Shown: positions 47,349-57,758, counted from the first letter of the stretch. The stretch: DNA of 64,000 bases from Patescibacteria group bacterium (GCA_028718605.1 JAQULM010000001.1:337073-401072), one strand, 5' to 3'. Numbers and translations: made by a program. Notes: generated from the sequence alone by a model not told the origin.

Positions 47349-49820
47349 TTAAAGCTCAGCACACGAAAAACTTTGGATCTTGCTCGATGAATCTAAAATA
47401 ATTCCCTTGATGAATGTCCCCGTTTGGCAATTAAACGACCCCGTGCCTGATACATTGACCGAGGATTCCGAGCCCCATTCATTGTTCGCCACTTTCAGGT
47501 CGGCTCCGACTGATACGTGGCCGCTCCGGGCGCACGTCCCGTCCCAGCTCGACTGGCCGAGCAAATTCTGGCAGTCACTGGCTGCCTCGCACGGCCGCGA
47601 ATAAAAATACATATTATTATAAAAGCAAACCGCTTGCGTATTAATATCAGCGGTACCGGTTATCTTGATATTGCCCTTCTGCACCGCGCTATTGAGGCTA
47701 TCGACATTGCATGTCTGGCCAGACGGGCAATTGGCACTATACATGCATTCCTCATACGGCGATCCGCCTGAGCATGTCCCAATATTATCTTTCAAATTAA
47801 CGACGCTGCTCGTACTCGTAAATGCGCTGCCCGTGCCTGCATAGATGCGGATGACCGACGTTCCGCTGTCCGAGGCATTCGTCGACCATATATACGTCCC
47901 GTCAAAAAGAGCACGCCAGGGGTGGAAATTCGTCGTGACTGTCTTGCCCAAGAAATCGGTATCCCGCAAGACGCATTGCCAGTCGTTACTGATACTTGTG
48001 CAATCAATATCATTGTGGCAGCTCTGCGTTGGGCCGTTACCAGTTGTATTGCAGAAACCAGCGTAACAGCTCCAACCAGCTCCATGGGCGGCAACGCAAT
48101 CCGCATCCGTCCTGCACTGGCCATTGTCAATGCGCGTACAGAGGCCCGAACGGATATCTGGTGAAAGCCGGAGCACGGTTCCATTTGTCGCTCCCGCAAC
48201 GCTCGTGTCATTCAATGTAACTAGCCATAAATTCGATCCCGTATAGACGATGCCTTTTGGCTCATGCCCATGATATTCGGTCCCCAGCCTGAGATCGAGA
48301 CGCGGATGGTCCGGGTCGTCGGGATTCTCGGCCCACAATCGTGTCAAGCGCTGCGTATTCCACCCCGAAACCCAAATGTATTCTCCATCAAACGTCATCG
48401 CGTCAGGGTACATGCTATTTGCGGCCCAGGTGCGCGCCTGGTGCTCCGGATCCGGCGTATTCGGGTCTTCAGCCCATAGCCGGATAACACGGTGCCCTGG
48501 TGGATCGTAATTATGCACTCCAACCCACATGTATTCCCCGTCAAACGCAAACGCACGCGGAGTATCGCCGTCGTCCGGGAGGGTATAAGTAATTCTATCA
48601 GCTGTATTCTCGGCATCGACACGGACAATGCTGCCAACTCCACCACCCTGGACCGCAGCGAAAATATATTTATGGGCGTTCAGGGTTGCGACTCCCACCG
48701 AATAAACATAATACGTACCGGCGGCTGCGCTGACCTGCACTGACTCGAGCGTTTCGCCGGACGTGCTCACGCGGATAAGGTATCCATCCTCGGTACCAGC
48801 CCAAATGTCTTTGCCGTCAAAGGCCATCCCATACAAGCGCGGGTGAGTTCCGCCGACGCTGTACGAAGCGACTTCAACACCATCAGATGCACGCAACTTA
48901 AATAGGTTTTTGCTGCGGTTCGCGCCCATGGTTCCGTAATAATCCGTATTGACCCAGATATACGTCCCATCAAAAACAGCCCTGCCATAATCGCCCGTAT
49001 CCACTGAAGTGTAGAACGGTCCGGACATTTGTCCCGCAGTGAACGGGACCGCTGAATATTGTATCGCGCTCGGTGCGAACCGCTTGGAAACCACGTCAGT
49101 GCCGGCACCGAGCATGCCATCAAAATATCCCGCCCATCCATTCGGCTTATTCTTCCCGTAGACCGCCGCTGCGTCTGCGGCTTCGGTTACCGCGTAGATC
49201 CCGTACCCCGACGCGCTCTCGCCGCGCACGCCCACGTTCGCATCGCTGACGCCGTACACCGCCCAGCCGTCCGCGCTCTCACGATACCCGTACACGCCCG
49301 CATCGGCCGCCATGCCTGCGTCACCGACAATCCCGCTCCCTGAACTGCTTATAGCCTGCACGGGAACATCCGTTGCACCCGCGACTTCCACCGTGCCGCC
49401 GTCAACTTTCAACTTTGTGTTCGGAGTCCATACGTCCGTGCCGATGCCTACCCACGACTGAACGCTATTCGCATACAGCGTGTCGCCGTCAACACGCAAC
49501 GTGTCTGCATACGTATACTCAGTTGAAAATTTCGCTCCAGGTCCTTCCACGTCGAGCGGCTTTTCCGACGTAAAGATCAGCGAGCTTTCCTCGGTGATGC
49601 CATAATCCGGATCGATCTTCAAGTACCCGCTCTTTGCCTGGTCTTCTGCGCCGGCCGTCAACGGCTGGTAAAAAACACCGGCAGGCGGCGGGGCTTTCGG
49701 CTCGATCCACTCTGCGAGCGCTACCCGTGCGCCAAACGCAACCCCAATGCCAATGACAAGCGCAACGCACAGGAGCGCCTCTCGAGTTATTCGTGAAAAT
49801 TTTCCTCGCAGCTGTTTCAT
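47349..49820 (-). CDS. large secreted beta-propeller repeat protein (823 aa from ATG 49820)
   Basis: Signal peptide 'LLCVALVIGIGVAFGARVALA'. It carries the conserved N-terminal module shared with the 1950- and 691-aa proteins and at least six 'FDG(T/E/K)YIWV...V(I)R(L/I)' repeats. The track N-terminus overlapped the upstream gene; the ATG at 49820 removes that overlap. Confidence 0.75.
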   Translation of the reverse strand: MKQLRGKFSRITREALLCVALVIGIGVAFGARVALAEWIEPKAPPPAGVFYQPLTAGAEDQAKSGYLKIDPDYGITEESSLIFTSEKPLDVEGPGAKFSTEYTYADTLRVDGDTLYANSVQSWVGIGTDVWTPNTKLKVDGGTVEVAGATDVPVQAISSSGSGIVGDAGMAADAGVYGYRESADGWAVYGVSDANVGVRGESASGYGIYAVTEAADAAAVYGKNKPNGWAGYFDGMLGAGTDVVSKRFAPSAIQYSAVPFTAGQMSGPFYTSVDTGDYGRAVFDGTYIWVNTDYYGTMGANRSKNLFKLRASDGVEVASYSVGGTHPRLYGMAFDGKDIWAGTEDGYLIRVSTSGETLESVQVSAAAGTYYVYSVGVATLNAHKYIFAAVQGGGVGSIVRVDAENTADRITYTLPDDGDTPRAFAFDGEYMWVGVHNYDPPGHRVIRLWAEDPNTPDPEHQARTWAANSMYPDAMTFDGEYIWVSGWNTQRLTRLWAENPDDPDHPRLDLRLGTEYHGHEPKGIVYTGSNLWLVTLNDTSVAGATNGTVLRLSPDIRSGLCTRIDNGQCRTDADCVAAHGAGWSCYAGFCNTTGNGPTQSCHNDIDCTSISNDWQCVLRDTDFLGKTVTTNFHPWRALFDGTYIWSTNASDSGTSVIRIYAGTGSAFTSTSSVVNLKDNIGTCSGGSPYEECMYSANCPSGQTCNVDSLNSAVQKGNIKITGTADINTQAVCFYNNMYFYSRPCEAASDCQNLLGQSSWDGTCARSGHVSVGADLKVANNEWGSESSVNVSGTGSFNCQTGTFIKGIILDSSSKIQSFSCAEL

Positions 49821-49825
49821 AGTAT

Positions 49826-52800
49826 CTATAAGTCTCGGCATTGTAATTGGCTCCCTGGTCCGCTCCGGTTGTACCAAACGTCGTACGCCATGCATTTGTT
49901 GCATTCACCATTAGAATCGTTGTAGTATTCGCACTGCGGAAATGCATCTGGGCAATCTGCGTTGGAATCATCGCTCGCGCAGATATGCCCGCCGCCACAA
50001 CCCAGCGCATCCTCTATTGTTCGCTCCCACCATACGACATGCGTCCACCCGAGGCTATCAATCGCCACCTTTGGCGCGCCCGACTGCAGGGTCGGCGTCT
50101 GGCTGACATTTACATTCGGGTCAGCAAAACCACTGCCAGAATTGCCAGAAAGAGTCACCCAGTTGGTGCCGTTCCACCAGCGGTAGTACACTTCCCGCGG
50201 GCTGCCGCCCACTCCCGTATTATCTGTATACGCAATATGCGGCTGGTTGTTTACGATACGAACGGACGGGAAGAACGACCACGGGTCGGTACTGTCGTTA
50301 ACCCGCAGGTTCGTGCTGTTCGTCTGGCCGGTAACAGTCACCCAGTTGGTGCCGTTCCACGTCCGGTAAAAAATATACTGCCAGTCCACCCAGGCAATAC
50401 CCGGCGTATTATCGGAATACAGGCTGAGTGCGGAATATTTTGCGGAAAAATTGGTTGGCGGTTCGCCTGCTCCGAGTATATTCGCCACATTTTCATTGAC
50501 CTTGACGTTTGCACCGGCGGTTCCGGGTGTTGCATCACCGCTGATAGTCACCCAGCTGGTGCCGTTCCACCGCCGGAAATAAATCTGGCTGTAATCGCCG
50601 GCCGCTCCGTGCCTCCCTTCGGTCCAAACAATATTGGGCCGTTGATTTGGCGCTTCATTGCCGAGTGCGAGCATAGGATATTCTGATCGCTCAGTGCTAT
50701 AATCAGTGCCCGTGTTGCTTACGACAAGATTTGCGTCAAGCCTCGTATCGGCCCACGTCCCTCCTGTGCCCCAGGCACCGGATACCGTTACCCATGCGCC
50801 GTCGCCACCGTTGGCGGCAGGATCCCACCGCCGGTAAGAGATCTCATTATCATTTGGATTGGGTTCATCCGTATCAGTAGACATAAACGCAATATGCGGT
50901 ATCCCATCCCTGTCTACCTTCAGCGAAGGATTATACCCCCCGCCGACAGTCAAACCGCACCGCTCGAGGGTCGGGTAGCTCGGATAATCATCGCAGTAAC
51001 TCCAGTCAAAAACTGTATTCGGCTCCCCCCGCGCGCCCCGCGGTACATTCTGCGCTGTTTCCCACTGGCCACCATTCTCATCCGGATCCCAGCGCAGGTA
51101 GTACATCCCGCCGCCCTCGTTAACCCAGGTAACGTGGGGATTATTATCAGCGTCAAGCGCGAGTGTGGGAGTGCTCGCTCCTGGTTCTGCGGAAGAGTCA
51201 TCTTCGGTTTCTAAACAATTCGAAACATTGGTAATTTGATCGATTCCGCTCGGATCGTATTCCTGGCCGGCAGCATTTTCCCAGCGGTTGTCCTCGCTGT
51301 CCCACCGCACATACAATACTTCGAACGAATGCTCCCCGTCGTCCTGCACACACGTTGGATCCAAGTTAACCCATGCGATCCTGGGATCTCCGTCTGACCC
51401 TATCTCAATAGACGGCCCGTTGTACTTGCTCTCCACACTATCACGCGCCGCACCATCAGTACGACTTACGTTTTGTGCGGTATCCCACCTCGGTACGCTC
51501 GATAGAGTGATGCCTTTCGCGAACTCACCGGCAACGCAGCTATCACCGAAATAGCTCATGTCATCACTTGTACCCCCCCAGGCATTTGCAGACACAACGA
51601 GGTCACCCTCACACGTCCCTGCGCCGCACTCGCTGTCCTGCGTACACGCGACATCCGCGTTGTTGCTGCAATGGCTCAGCACTGTGAGGTCATTGCCGAA
51701 TGAAGCTGTCCCTGCGATAGAAATCGCACCTTGCTGGATATTCCTGTCAGATATGCCTGATAGGTACACCGAACTTGCAAGATCCGATGGCCGGTCCGTG
51801 CCGCCTGCCTGGAACTTGCGGAGCGTGTACTTGTCAGAGCTCCCGTCGAGAGCGGTGTGGCAGCTGCCCGCGAGCCAAACAGAGCTCCCGTCATACACGA
51901 GCCCGACTGCGCCACAGTAGTCGCCGAAATCAACGCTCTCTTTGGTCTCGCCCGTGGCGGCACTCATTCTCGTCAGATGCATATCATTGGACGACGTTTC
52001 CTCGCTGGTATCAGCTGCGCTCGAGCAGCCAGGATCCGGCTGGCCGGAACAGCCCGGCGATCCCACGGCGCCATCGTAATCGCACAGCCCATTGCCGTCA
52101 TTGTCTATGCCATCAGCGCATTCAATATCCGTCGTGGTGCCATAGTAATCGCTGCTGTCACCCTCGTGCAAGTCGTACGGATCCTGGCATTGCGGATCCG
52201 GCGGCAAACTATTACAACCGCCATAATCGCACGTCCCATCACCATCATTATCAATCTCGTCAGCACACTCGCGATGATTATTCCAGTCAAATGAAGAATT
52301 ATGCGCTGCCCACACATACGTACCGTCAAACAAAAGCTGGTCCACGCGCGCATAGACAATATTTTGAATATTTTGAGAAATACACGTACTGCTCGAACCG
52401 CAATCAATGTTCGAACACTCTCCGGGTGCCGTGCAATCCGCGTCAGATGCGCAGTAAAGATTCGTATTGGTGCAACGGCCTGGCTCAGTATATATCTTGG
52501 ATTTGCCGGCAATCGGGCAGGTCATTGTGCCGTCGCTGCACCCGAGCAGATCAATCTTATAGATTGCGTATCCCTGGCTATCCGCGTACCGCAGGCCGAG
52601 CCACGCGTACGTACCATCATATACGATCGCTTGGATGTTCCCCGCGAGCGCCTCGGGCAGCACTTTGTACGGCCCGGTGACTGCGCCGGTTGCAATGTTA
52701 ATTCTTGACAGGCTATCGGCACCTGTTGCCGTATCCGAGCGGGTTGTATGTGAAAACCATGCGTACCCATTTGCGATCATGAGCTTGTTTGGCTCTTTGA

Positions 52801-55678
52801 GGCTGCCGCCGGCAGTATAGGAAGAATACTCCGTGACCGTGCAGGTACCGGGGCTGCCGGCAACGCACGACTGGAGATCTACTTTCTGCACTTTATTGTA
52901 ATTATCCTGCGCCAGCCATAGGTTGCGGCCGTCAAAGCCGATATCGGAGCCGCTGCTCCTGGTAAGGGGCAAAACCCAATTATATTTTCCAATGACTGAT
53001 CCATCCCGCGGATCAATTTTCACGAGCATCTCGGCAGCTGACGCATCTTGAATAACCCAAACGTAGGTACCGTCAAAAAATGCGTACTTCGGATCATTCA
53101 CGTTCCCGTAGTCGCCAACTTTCGTACCGTCAGCGGCACGATACGCGCTAATGCTGTCCGCGTAGTTATTCGTTACCCAAATATTCGTCCCGTCAAACGC
53201 GATATCGCTCCGCGTCGTACCCTTAATCGAAAACGCTGTCGTGGTATATGGACTATTAATTTTACTCCGCGCGACCGTACCCGCGTACAACTGGGTCGTC
53301 CAAACATATGGCCCGCCTTTCGTCACACGGTCAAAATCAAAACCCCACACACCGCCGCTGAGGGGATAGGTGTGGTCGACAGTCTCTGATCCAATAGTAA
53401 ACTTTGTGATTTGCTCAGTGCCATAATTAGAAGCTACCCAGAGGAACGGACCGCCGCTCGAAACTGAATCGTACATAACCTGCGTATTCCCATATCCGTA
53501 TTGTGAATTGCTCGCATACAAGTACTCTTCGGCGATCAAGCCGGTTGCATTATTAAACCTGCCGAACCCCCGGAATGTGCCGGGTTGCCTACCCGAAGGA
53601 TTATGTGCAACCCAGAGCTGGTTATTCACGGGATCGTACGCCAGATCTGCATTGCCGCGGGCTGGTCCGGTGCAATAGTAATCCTGCAACGAGGCATTCA
53701 GAGGATCGGCTGCATTAATTTTACCGATACCTTCACCCACCGAAGCGGCCGAATACAGCGGACCGGAAGAAAACCAAATAGTCGTACCGTCAAATTCAAT
53801 GCCTGCCGCCATGCCAAACGGCCGCACGACGAGGCGCTCGTCATCATCGGGTCCGACATAATTTGCATTGCCGGGTACCGGATCATAGGGGCTCGATCCG
53901 GGCGTCGCTGTTGATAAATTACATTCAATATCAGGTGCTTTCCATGTATTACCGCATCCGCTCAAGCACGTTGCCTGGGTTGTGCAGTCGGCATCCGTGC
54001 AGGTCGTGCCGTCCCAGGTGCCTCCGGTGCACGTACCGCACTGCGCTTGGGTACACGCCTCGATGCTACATGTACCACCCCGCCATTCTGGAACAAAACC
54101 ATACTTATCAGCGCCGGCAGCAAGGCATGTTGCCTCATCGGTATACGTTTGATCAGTGCACGTACCCCCGGTCCACGCCGCCGCCGCATTGGCCGCCGTA
54201 CAAGCAGCCTGATCCGGAACACTGTCAAACACGCATAAGCCCGAATCGATATTCCCGTCAGCATCATTATCGAGCAGGTCAGTGCATTGATTGCCGACTT
54301 GCGACTGGCTTGAATACCGGTCCTGGTCAAGCGTTACGCATTGGCTGCGTGTGATCGGCGGAATCTCAACATACGTGCCGTAATCAGCGCTCGATTCATT
54401 GACGTTCAAGCGCGAAATGCTGTACGATTCGCCGATCTGATTTGCAGTCCAGATGTACGGGCCGCCTGCAGTTGCATCATCGTATACAAGATCCATCGCG
54501 TAGTTTCCGATCCCTGGGGCGTCCGCGGTCCAAAAATTCAAAATTTCAGGATTATTGGCATCCGGCGTAATCCGTGTCACTGCAGGATCCCACCAGCTCA
54601 AACCGCCATCCAGCCAGATGTAGCCATCTGCATAAATCATATTTGAAAAGCCATGGTTCGTTCGATCCACCGCTTCGCCATACACGGGACCGTATGGCTC
54701 AAACTCATTGATCAGCTGGCCGTTCACCGGATCGATGACAAATATCGCCGAGTCGTCAAAGTTCGCTACCCACACGTACCCATTGACATAGAGCACTGAT
54801 TCCGGCTCTGTGTTGCGGGCCGGCTCAATCTTCTCAAGCTCCCAGTTTGCGCTGTAGGGAACTGTAGAATATGACATGTCTGACTGGACAAATTTCCGGC
54901 CGGTGACATGCTCGGAACCGTACAAACGCTGTGCGAAATAGCCTGCCCAGGCACCGAGCCCTTTTGCGCTCGCGTATACGCCGGCAACAACATTAGTGCC
55001 AGGAATGGCTTCCCCAGCAGATTCGCCAGACACCGCGGACGCGGAAACGCTCTCAGCCATGATGCCCACGCCACCACCCGCATTCAGCCCCCACACGCCA
55101 GGGCCGGAAACGCTTGAGCCGTATACGGACGCCGCTGATGCGGCAGACGATGAGCCATAGACGCCATAACTCGCGTCCGAAGCTGCGTAGAGTGCGCTGC
55201 CAGTGCTTATCGGGCTTGCAGTGCTGCCGACGCGAAGCGTCCCATTCACAATATCGACAAGCGCCATCGGCGCATCAGTACCAATTCCAACCCGATTAAA
55301 TTCCGGCTGGACGTACAAAGTATCCGTATCGACTATGAGGGTACCGCTGCCTGACACATTTTCGCTTGCTGGTATCTCCAATGTCGTCATGGATACCGGG
55401 CGCGGACCGTGGACTTCAAGCGGATAGCTGATGCTCGGGAGGGGGTCAGCGGGATTATACAGGGGGTCGAGAAGAAGGCGCCCTTTCTTCGCCTGTGAAT
55501 CTGGTCCGATATTTATCGGCGCGTATATATTGCCCTCTGGCGCTGGCGCAGTCGGTTCTTGCCACTGTGCATGCACAATGTGCGACCCTGCGATGAATGC
55601 AATCACGATAAACGAAAAGCCTATGCACGTGAGCGCGGTTTTTGTGCTGCGCCGAAATGTAAGCGTAATTTTTTTCAT
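49826..55678 (-). CDS. giant secreted repeat protein (1950 aa from ATG 55678) with beta-propeller repeats, Cys-rich DNDGDG metal-binding-like blocks and WNGTxWVT repeats
   Basis: The track start at 55702 is TTG; the ATG at 55678 (MKKITLTF...) is used. Signal peptide ends 'HIVHA'. It has the shared N-terminal module, 'FDGT(N/Y)(I/V)WV' repeats, 'C.D.IDNDGDG.CDY' blocks and four 'RWNGTxWVTxSG' units. Confidence 0.8.
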   Translation of the reverse strand: MKKITLTFRRSTKTALTCIGFSFIVIAFIAGSHIVHAQWQEPTAPAPEGNIYAPINIGPDSQAKKGRLLLDPLYNPADPLPSISYPLEVHGPRPVSMTTLEIPASENVSGSGTLIVDTDTLYVQPEFNRVGIGTDAPMALVDIVNGTLRVGSTASPISTGSALYAASDASYGVYGSSSAASAASVYGSSVSGPGVWGLNAGGGVGIMAESVSASAVSGESAGEAIPGTNVVAGVYASAKGLGAWAGYFAQRLYGSEHVTGRKFVQSDMSYSTVPYSANWELEKIEPARNTEPESVLYVNGYVWVANFDDSAIFVIDPVNGQLINEFEPYGPVYGEAVDRTNHGFSNMIYADGYIWLDGGLSWWDPAVTRITPDANNPEILNFWTADAPGIGNYAMDLVYDDATAGGPYIWTANQIGESYSISRLNVNESSADYGTYVEIPPITRSQCVTLDQDRYSSQSQVGNQCTDLLDNDADGNIDSGLCVFDSVPDQAACTAANAAAAWTGGTCTDQTYTDEATCLAAGADKYGFVPEWRGGTCSIEACTQAQCGTCTGGTWDGTTCTDADCTTQATCLSGCGNTWKAPDIECNLSTATPGSSPYDPVPGNANYVGPDDDERLVVRPFGMAAGIEFDGTTIWFSSGPLYSAASVGEGIGKINAADPLNASLQDYYCTGPARGNADLAYDPVNNQLWVAHNPSGRQPGTFRGFGRFNNATGLIAEEYLYASNSQYGYGNTQVMYDSVSSGGPFLWVASNYGTEQITKFTIGSETVDHTYPLSGGVWGFDFDRVTKGGPYVWTTQLYAGTVARSKINSPYTTTAFSIKGTTRSDIAFDGTNIWVTNNYADSISAYRAADGTKVGDYGNVNDPKYAFFDGTYVWVIQDASAAEMLVKIDPRDGSVIGKYNWVLPLTRSSGSDIGFDGRNLWLAQDNYNKVQKVDLQSCVAGSPGTCTVTEYSSYTAGGSLKEPNKLMIANGYAWFSHTTRSDTATGADSLSRINIATGAVTGPYKVLPEALAGNIQAIVYDGTYAWLGLRYADSQGYAIYKIDLLGCSDGTMTCPIAGKSKIYTEPGRCTNTNLYCASDADCTAPGECSNIDCGSSSTCISQNIQNIVYARVDQLLFDGTYVWAAHNSSFDWNNHRECADEIDNDGDGTCDYGGCNSLPPDPQCQDPYDLHEGDSSDYYGTTTDIECADGIDNDGNGLCDYDGAVGSPGCSGQPDPGCSSAADTSEETSSNDMHLTRMSAATGETKESVDFGDYCGAVGLVYDGSSVWLAGSCHTALDGSSDKYTLRKFQAGGTDRPSDLASSVYLSGISDRNIQQGAISIAGTASFGNDLTVLSHCSNNADVACTQDSECGAGTCEGDLVVSANAWGGTSDDMSYFGDSCVAGEFAKGITLSSVPRWDTAQNVSRTDGAARDSVESKYNGPSIEIGSDGDPRIAWVNLDPTCVQDDGEHSFEVLYVRWDSEDNRWENAAGQEYDPSGIDQITNVSNCLETEDDSSAEPGASTPTLALDADNNPHVTWVNEGGGMYYLRWDPDENGGQWETAQNVPRGARGEPNTVFDWSYCDDYPSYPTLERCGLTVGGGYNPSLKVDRDGIPHIAFMSTDTDEPNPNDNEISYRRWDPAANGGDGAWVTVSGAWGTGGTWADTRLDANLVVSNTGTDYSTERSEYPMLALGNEAPNQRPNIVWTEGRHGAAGDYSQIYFRRWNGTSWVTISGDATPGTAGANVKVNENVANILGAGEPPTNFSAKYSALSLYSDNTPGIAWVDWQYIFYRTWNGTNWVTVTGQTNSTNLRVNDSTDPWSFFPSVRIVNNQPHIAYTDNTGVGGSPREVYYRWWNGTNWVTLSGNSGSGFADPNVNVSQTPTLQSGAPKVAIDSLGWTHVVWWERTIEDALGCGGGHICASDDSNADCPDAFPQCEYYNDSNGECNKCMAYDVWYNRSGPGSQLQCRDL

Positions 55679-55682
55679 AATG

Positions 55683-57758
55683 CTAGAGCGGCCGGCATTC
55701 AATTTTCGTCACCCTGCCAGATGCATCCACCGATATATCCGTAAGGAAGTGCCCGGTTGGGCACGTTTGCGTCGAATTCCCAGGAAAAGGATTAATCCCA
55801 TCGCCAAGAGTGTCTCCTACGGTTTCTCCGCCCCACACATTATTCTGTGCGCTCAGATCACCATCCGCGATAAAGCCCATCCCGACTGTCGCCGACCCAT
55901 CGATCGAGAAAGAGCCTTTCTGCTCAGTGAGCGGATCAATGTTCTGGAGAGTGAGTGTTCCACTCAAATCCGTGGTGCCATACCCAACGCCTGAGTACCT
56001 CTTCGTCAGCCCGGTTGGTCCCGAAACCCAGAGAGACGATCCGTCAAAGCGCATACCCGTTGGGCTGAACCCGAGTGAAAATGTCTCCCGATCATTCGGA
56101 TCGGCGGCCTTGAGCGCTGAAAGCGTCCCGGTGCCTGCATCCGCAGTCCAAATATGCACGCCGTCAAAGGCGATCGCAACGGGCGAATCACTAGTGGCGA
56201 ACGACCCATACGGAACCGGGACCGGGAAACACCCGCCGAGATCCTCACTGCTTCCGCCGACACAGTCGGAATTGACCGCGCATGATTTCCAGTCGAGCGT
56301 AGAAGGATCTTTCAGGGAGCATATCCTGCTCCCAGAAAGGTAAAATCGCGTCACTGAATCGTCAGCCCCATTGGTAACCCAGTAATACGCATTGTCATAA
56401 AAAATATCAGTCGGGCTATTGCCGATGACATTCTGGTAGATTGCCGCATCGGCCGACGAAGGGTTGAGCGCAACGACATACCCACCGTCATCGCCTGACG
56501 CGATTGCGTACAGCATATCGCCATTATAAATAATTCGGCCAACCTGCACGTCTTCAGGGGTAACCTCAACGATTCCCCCTGCGACAAGCCCGCAGTTTGG
56601 CGTATCCGCATCGTAGCGGATTTTTACGATCACCCCTTCACCGGTATCTGCCGTCGCCGTTACCCAGTAAAAACGGTTTAATTCGTGATCTTGCACCGTA
56701 CCCTGGCCGCTGAATGCGATTCCACGAGGATCTGACACGGAAATCGATGTTAGGTCAAGCGAGCAGCGTACATCACCTGACACCGGATCGATTCTGCGTA
56801 CGGTATTATCCGCAGCAACTGCCCAGAGGGCGGTGCCATCATAGATCACGTCTGCCACTTCCCCGCCAAATGAAACATCGAGGAGAGAAAAACCATCGGG
56901 AACCCGTACCTTCATAAGCGTATTCCCTCGGCTCAGCCACACGTTGGTACCATCGTAGTAGCGTACCGTGTTCGGGCCAATCGTAAGATCCATGAGCTCT
57001 TGGCCAACAGTATAGGAGACCATGGAACTCTGGAGCTGTGTCGGGACAAATTTCGCGCCCACCACATCACGCGACGACTCGAGGAGTCCCCCAAAATAAC
57101 CGGCCCATAAGCCAGCGGTATTCTCATTCGTGCCATAGATAGCATACCCACTGTCGCTGAATGCACCGATTGCACTGTATAAATATCCAGTGTTTTCGCC
57201 CGACACCGGTGTGTTCAGGGGATTCACTGCCCAAATGCCATAATTATCCTCCCCATATGCCACTCCCCGAACTCCGGATTCCGTTCCAGTTCCCTTTATT
57301 GCCTCAGTTTCGGTACTCTCAGCATGCACGCCTTCCCCCGCCGCATTATCAACCGTCATCGGGCCGCCACTCACCTCTAGTTTGCTCCCGTCGAGCCCTA
57401 AGCACGGGCCGATACAAACCCGATTTGCCTCTGGGTCAACATATAAGGTATCACCGCTCTCGCTCACCTTCAGCTTCTGATCAATGATGGCTTGATTGAT
57501 CTGGGCGCCTTCCCCTTGGACCTCAAGCTGGTATTTAAATGGTCCCGATGCATCGTTGGTGCCGAGCCGAAGCGCGCCAGTCTTCACCTGATTGTCATCC
57601 CCGATCGTGATATACGGAACAGTGTTATCTCCAGGCGGGGCAGCAGTTGGGGTATCCAGCGCAGCAGATACGCCCACGGCGATTGACAGCCCAAGTACGC
57701 CGAAACAAAAAAATAGGCAAAAATATGCCGATCTATTGATTTTTTGCCTATTCTTCAT
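55683..57758 (-). CDS. large secreted beta-propeller repeat protein (691 aa from ATG 57758)
   Basis: The track start at 57779 is GTG. The ATG at 57758 (MKNRQKINRSAYFCLFFCFGVLGLSIAVGVSA) gives a signal peptide. It has the shared N-terminal module and 'YDGTNVWL', 'YDGTALWAV', 'FDGVHIWTA', 'FDGSSLWVS' repeats. Confidence 0.75.
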   Translation of the reverse strand: MKNRQKINRSAYFCLFFCFGVLGLSIAVGVSAALDTPTAAPPGDNTVPYITIGDDNQVKTGALRLGTNDASGPFKYQLEVQGEGAQINQAIIDQKLKVSESGDTLYVDPEANRVCIGPCLGLDGSKLEVSGGPMTVDNAAGEGVHAESTETEAIKGTGTESGVRGVAYGEDNYGIWAVNPLNTPVSGENTGYLYSAIGAFSDSGYAIYGTNENTAGLWAGYFGGLLESSRDVVGAKFVPTQLQSSMVSYTVGQELMDLTIGPNTVRYYDGTNVWLSRGNTLMKVRVPDGFSLLDVSFGGEVADVIYDGTALWAVAADNTVRRIDPVSGDVRCSLDLTSISVSDPRGIAFSGQGTVQDHELNRFYWVTATADTGEGVIVKIRYDADTPNCGLVAGGIVEVTPEDVQVGRIIYNGDMLYAIASGDDGGYVVALNPSSADAAIYQNVIGNSPTDIFYDNAYYWVTNGADDSVTRFYLSGSRICSLKDPSTLDWKSCAVNSDCVGGSSEDLGGCFPVPVPYGSFATSDSPVAIAFDGVHIWTADAGTGTLSALKAADPNDRETFSLGFSPTGMRFDGSSLWVSGPTGLTKRYSGVGYGTTDLSGTLTLQNIDPLTEQKGSFSIDGSATVGMGFIADGDLSAQNNVWGGETVGDTLGDGINPFPGNSTQTCPTGHFLTDISVDASGRVTKIECRPL

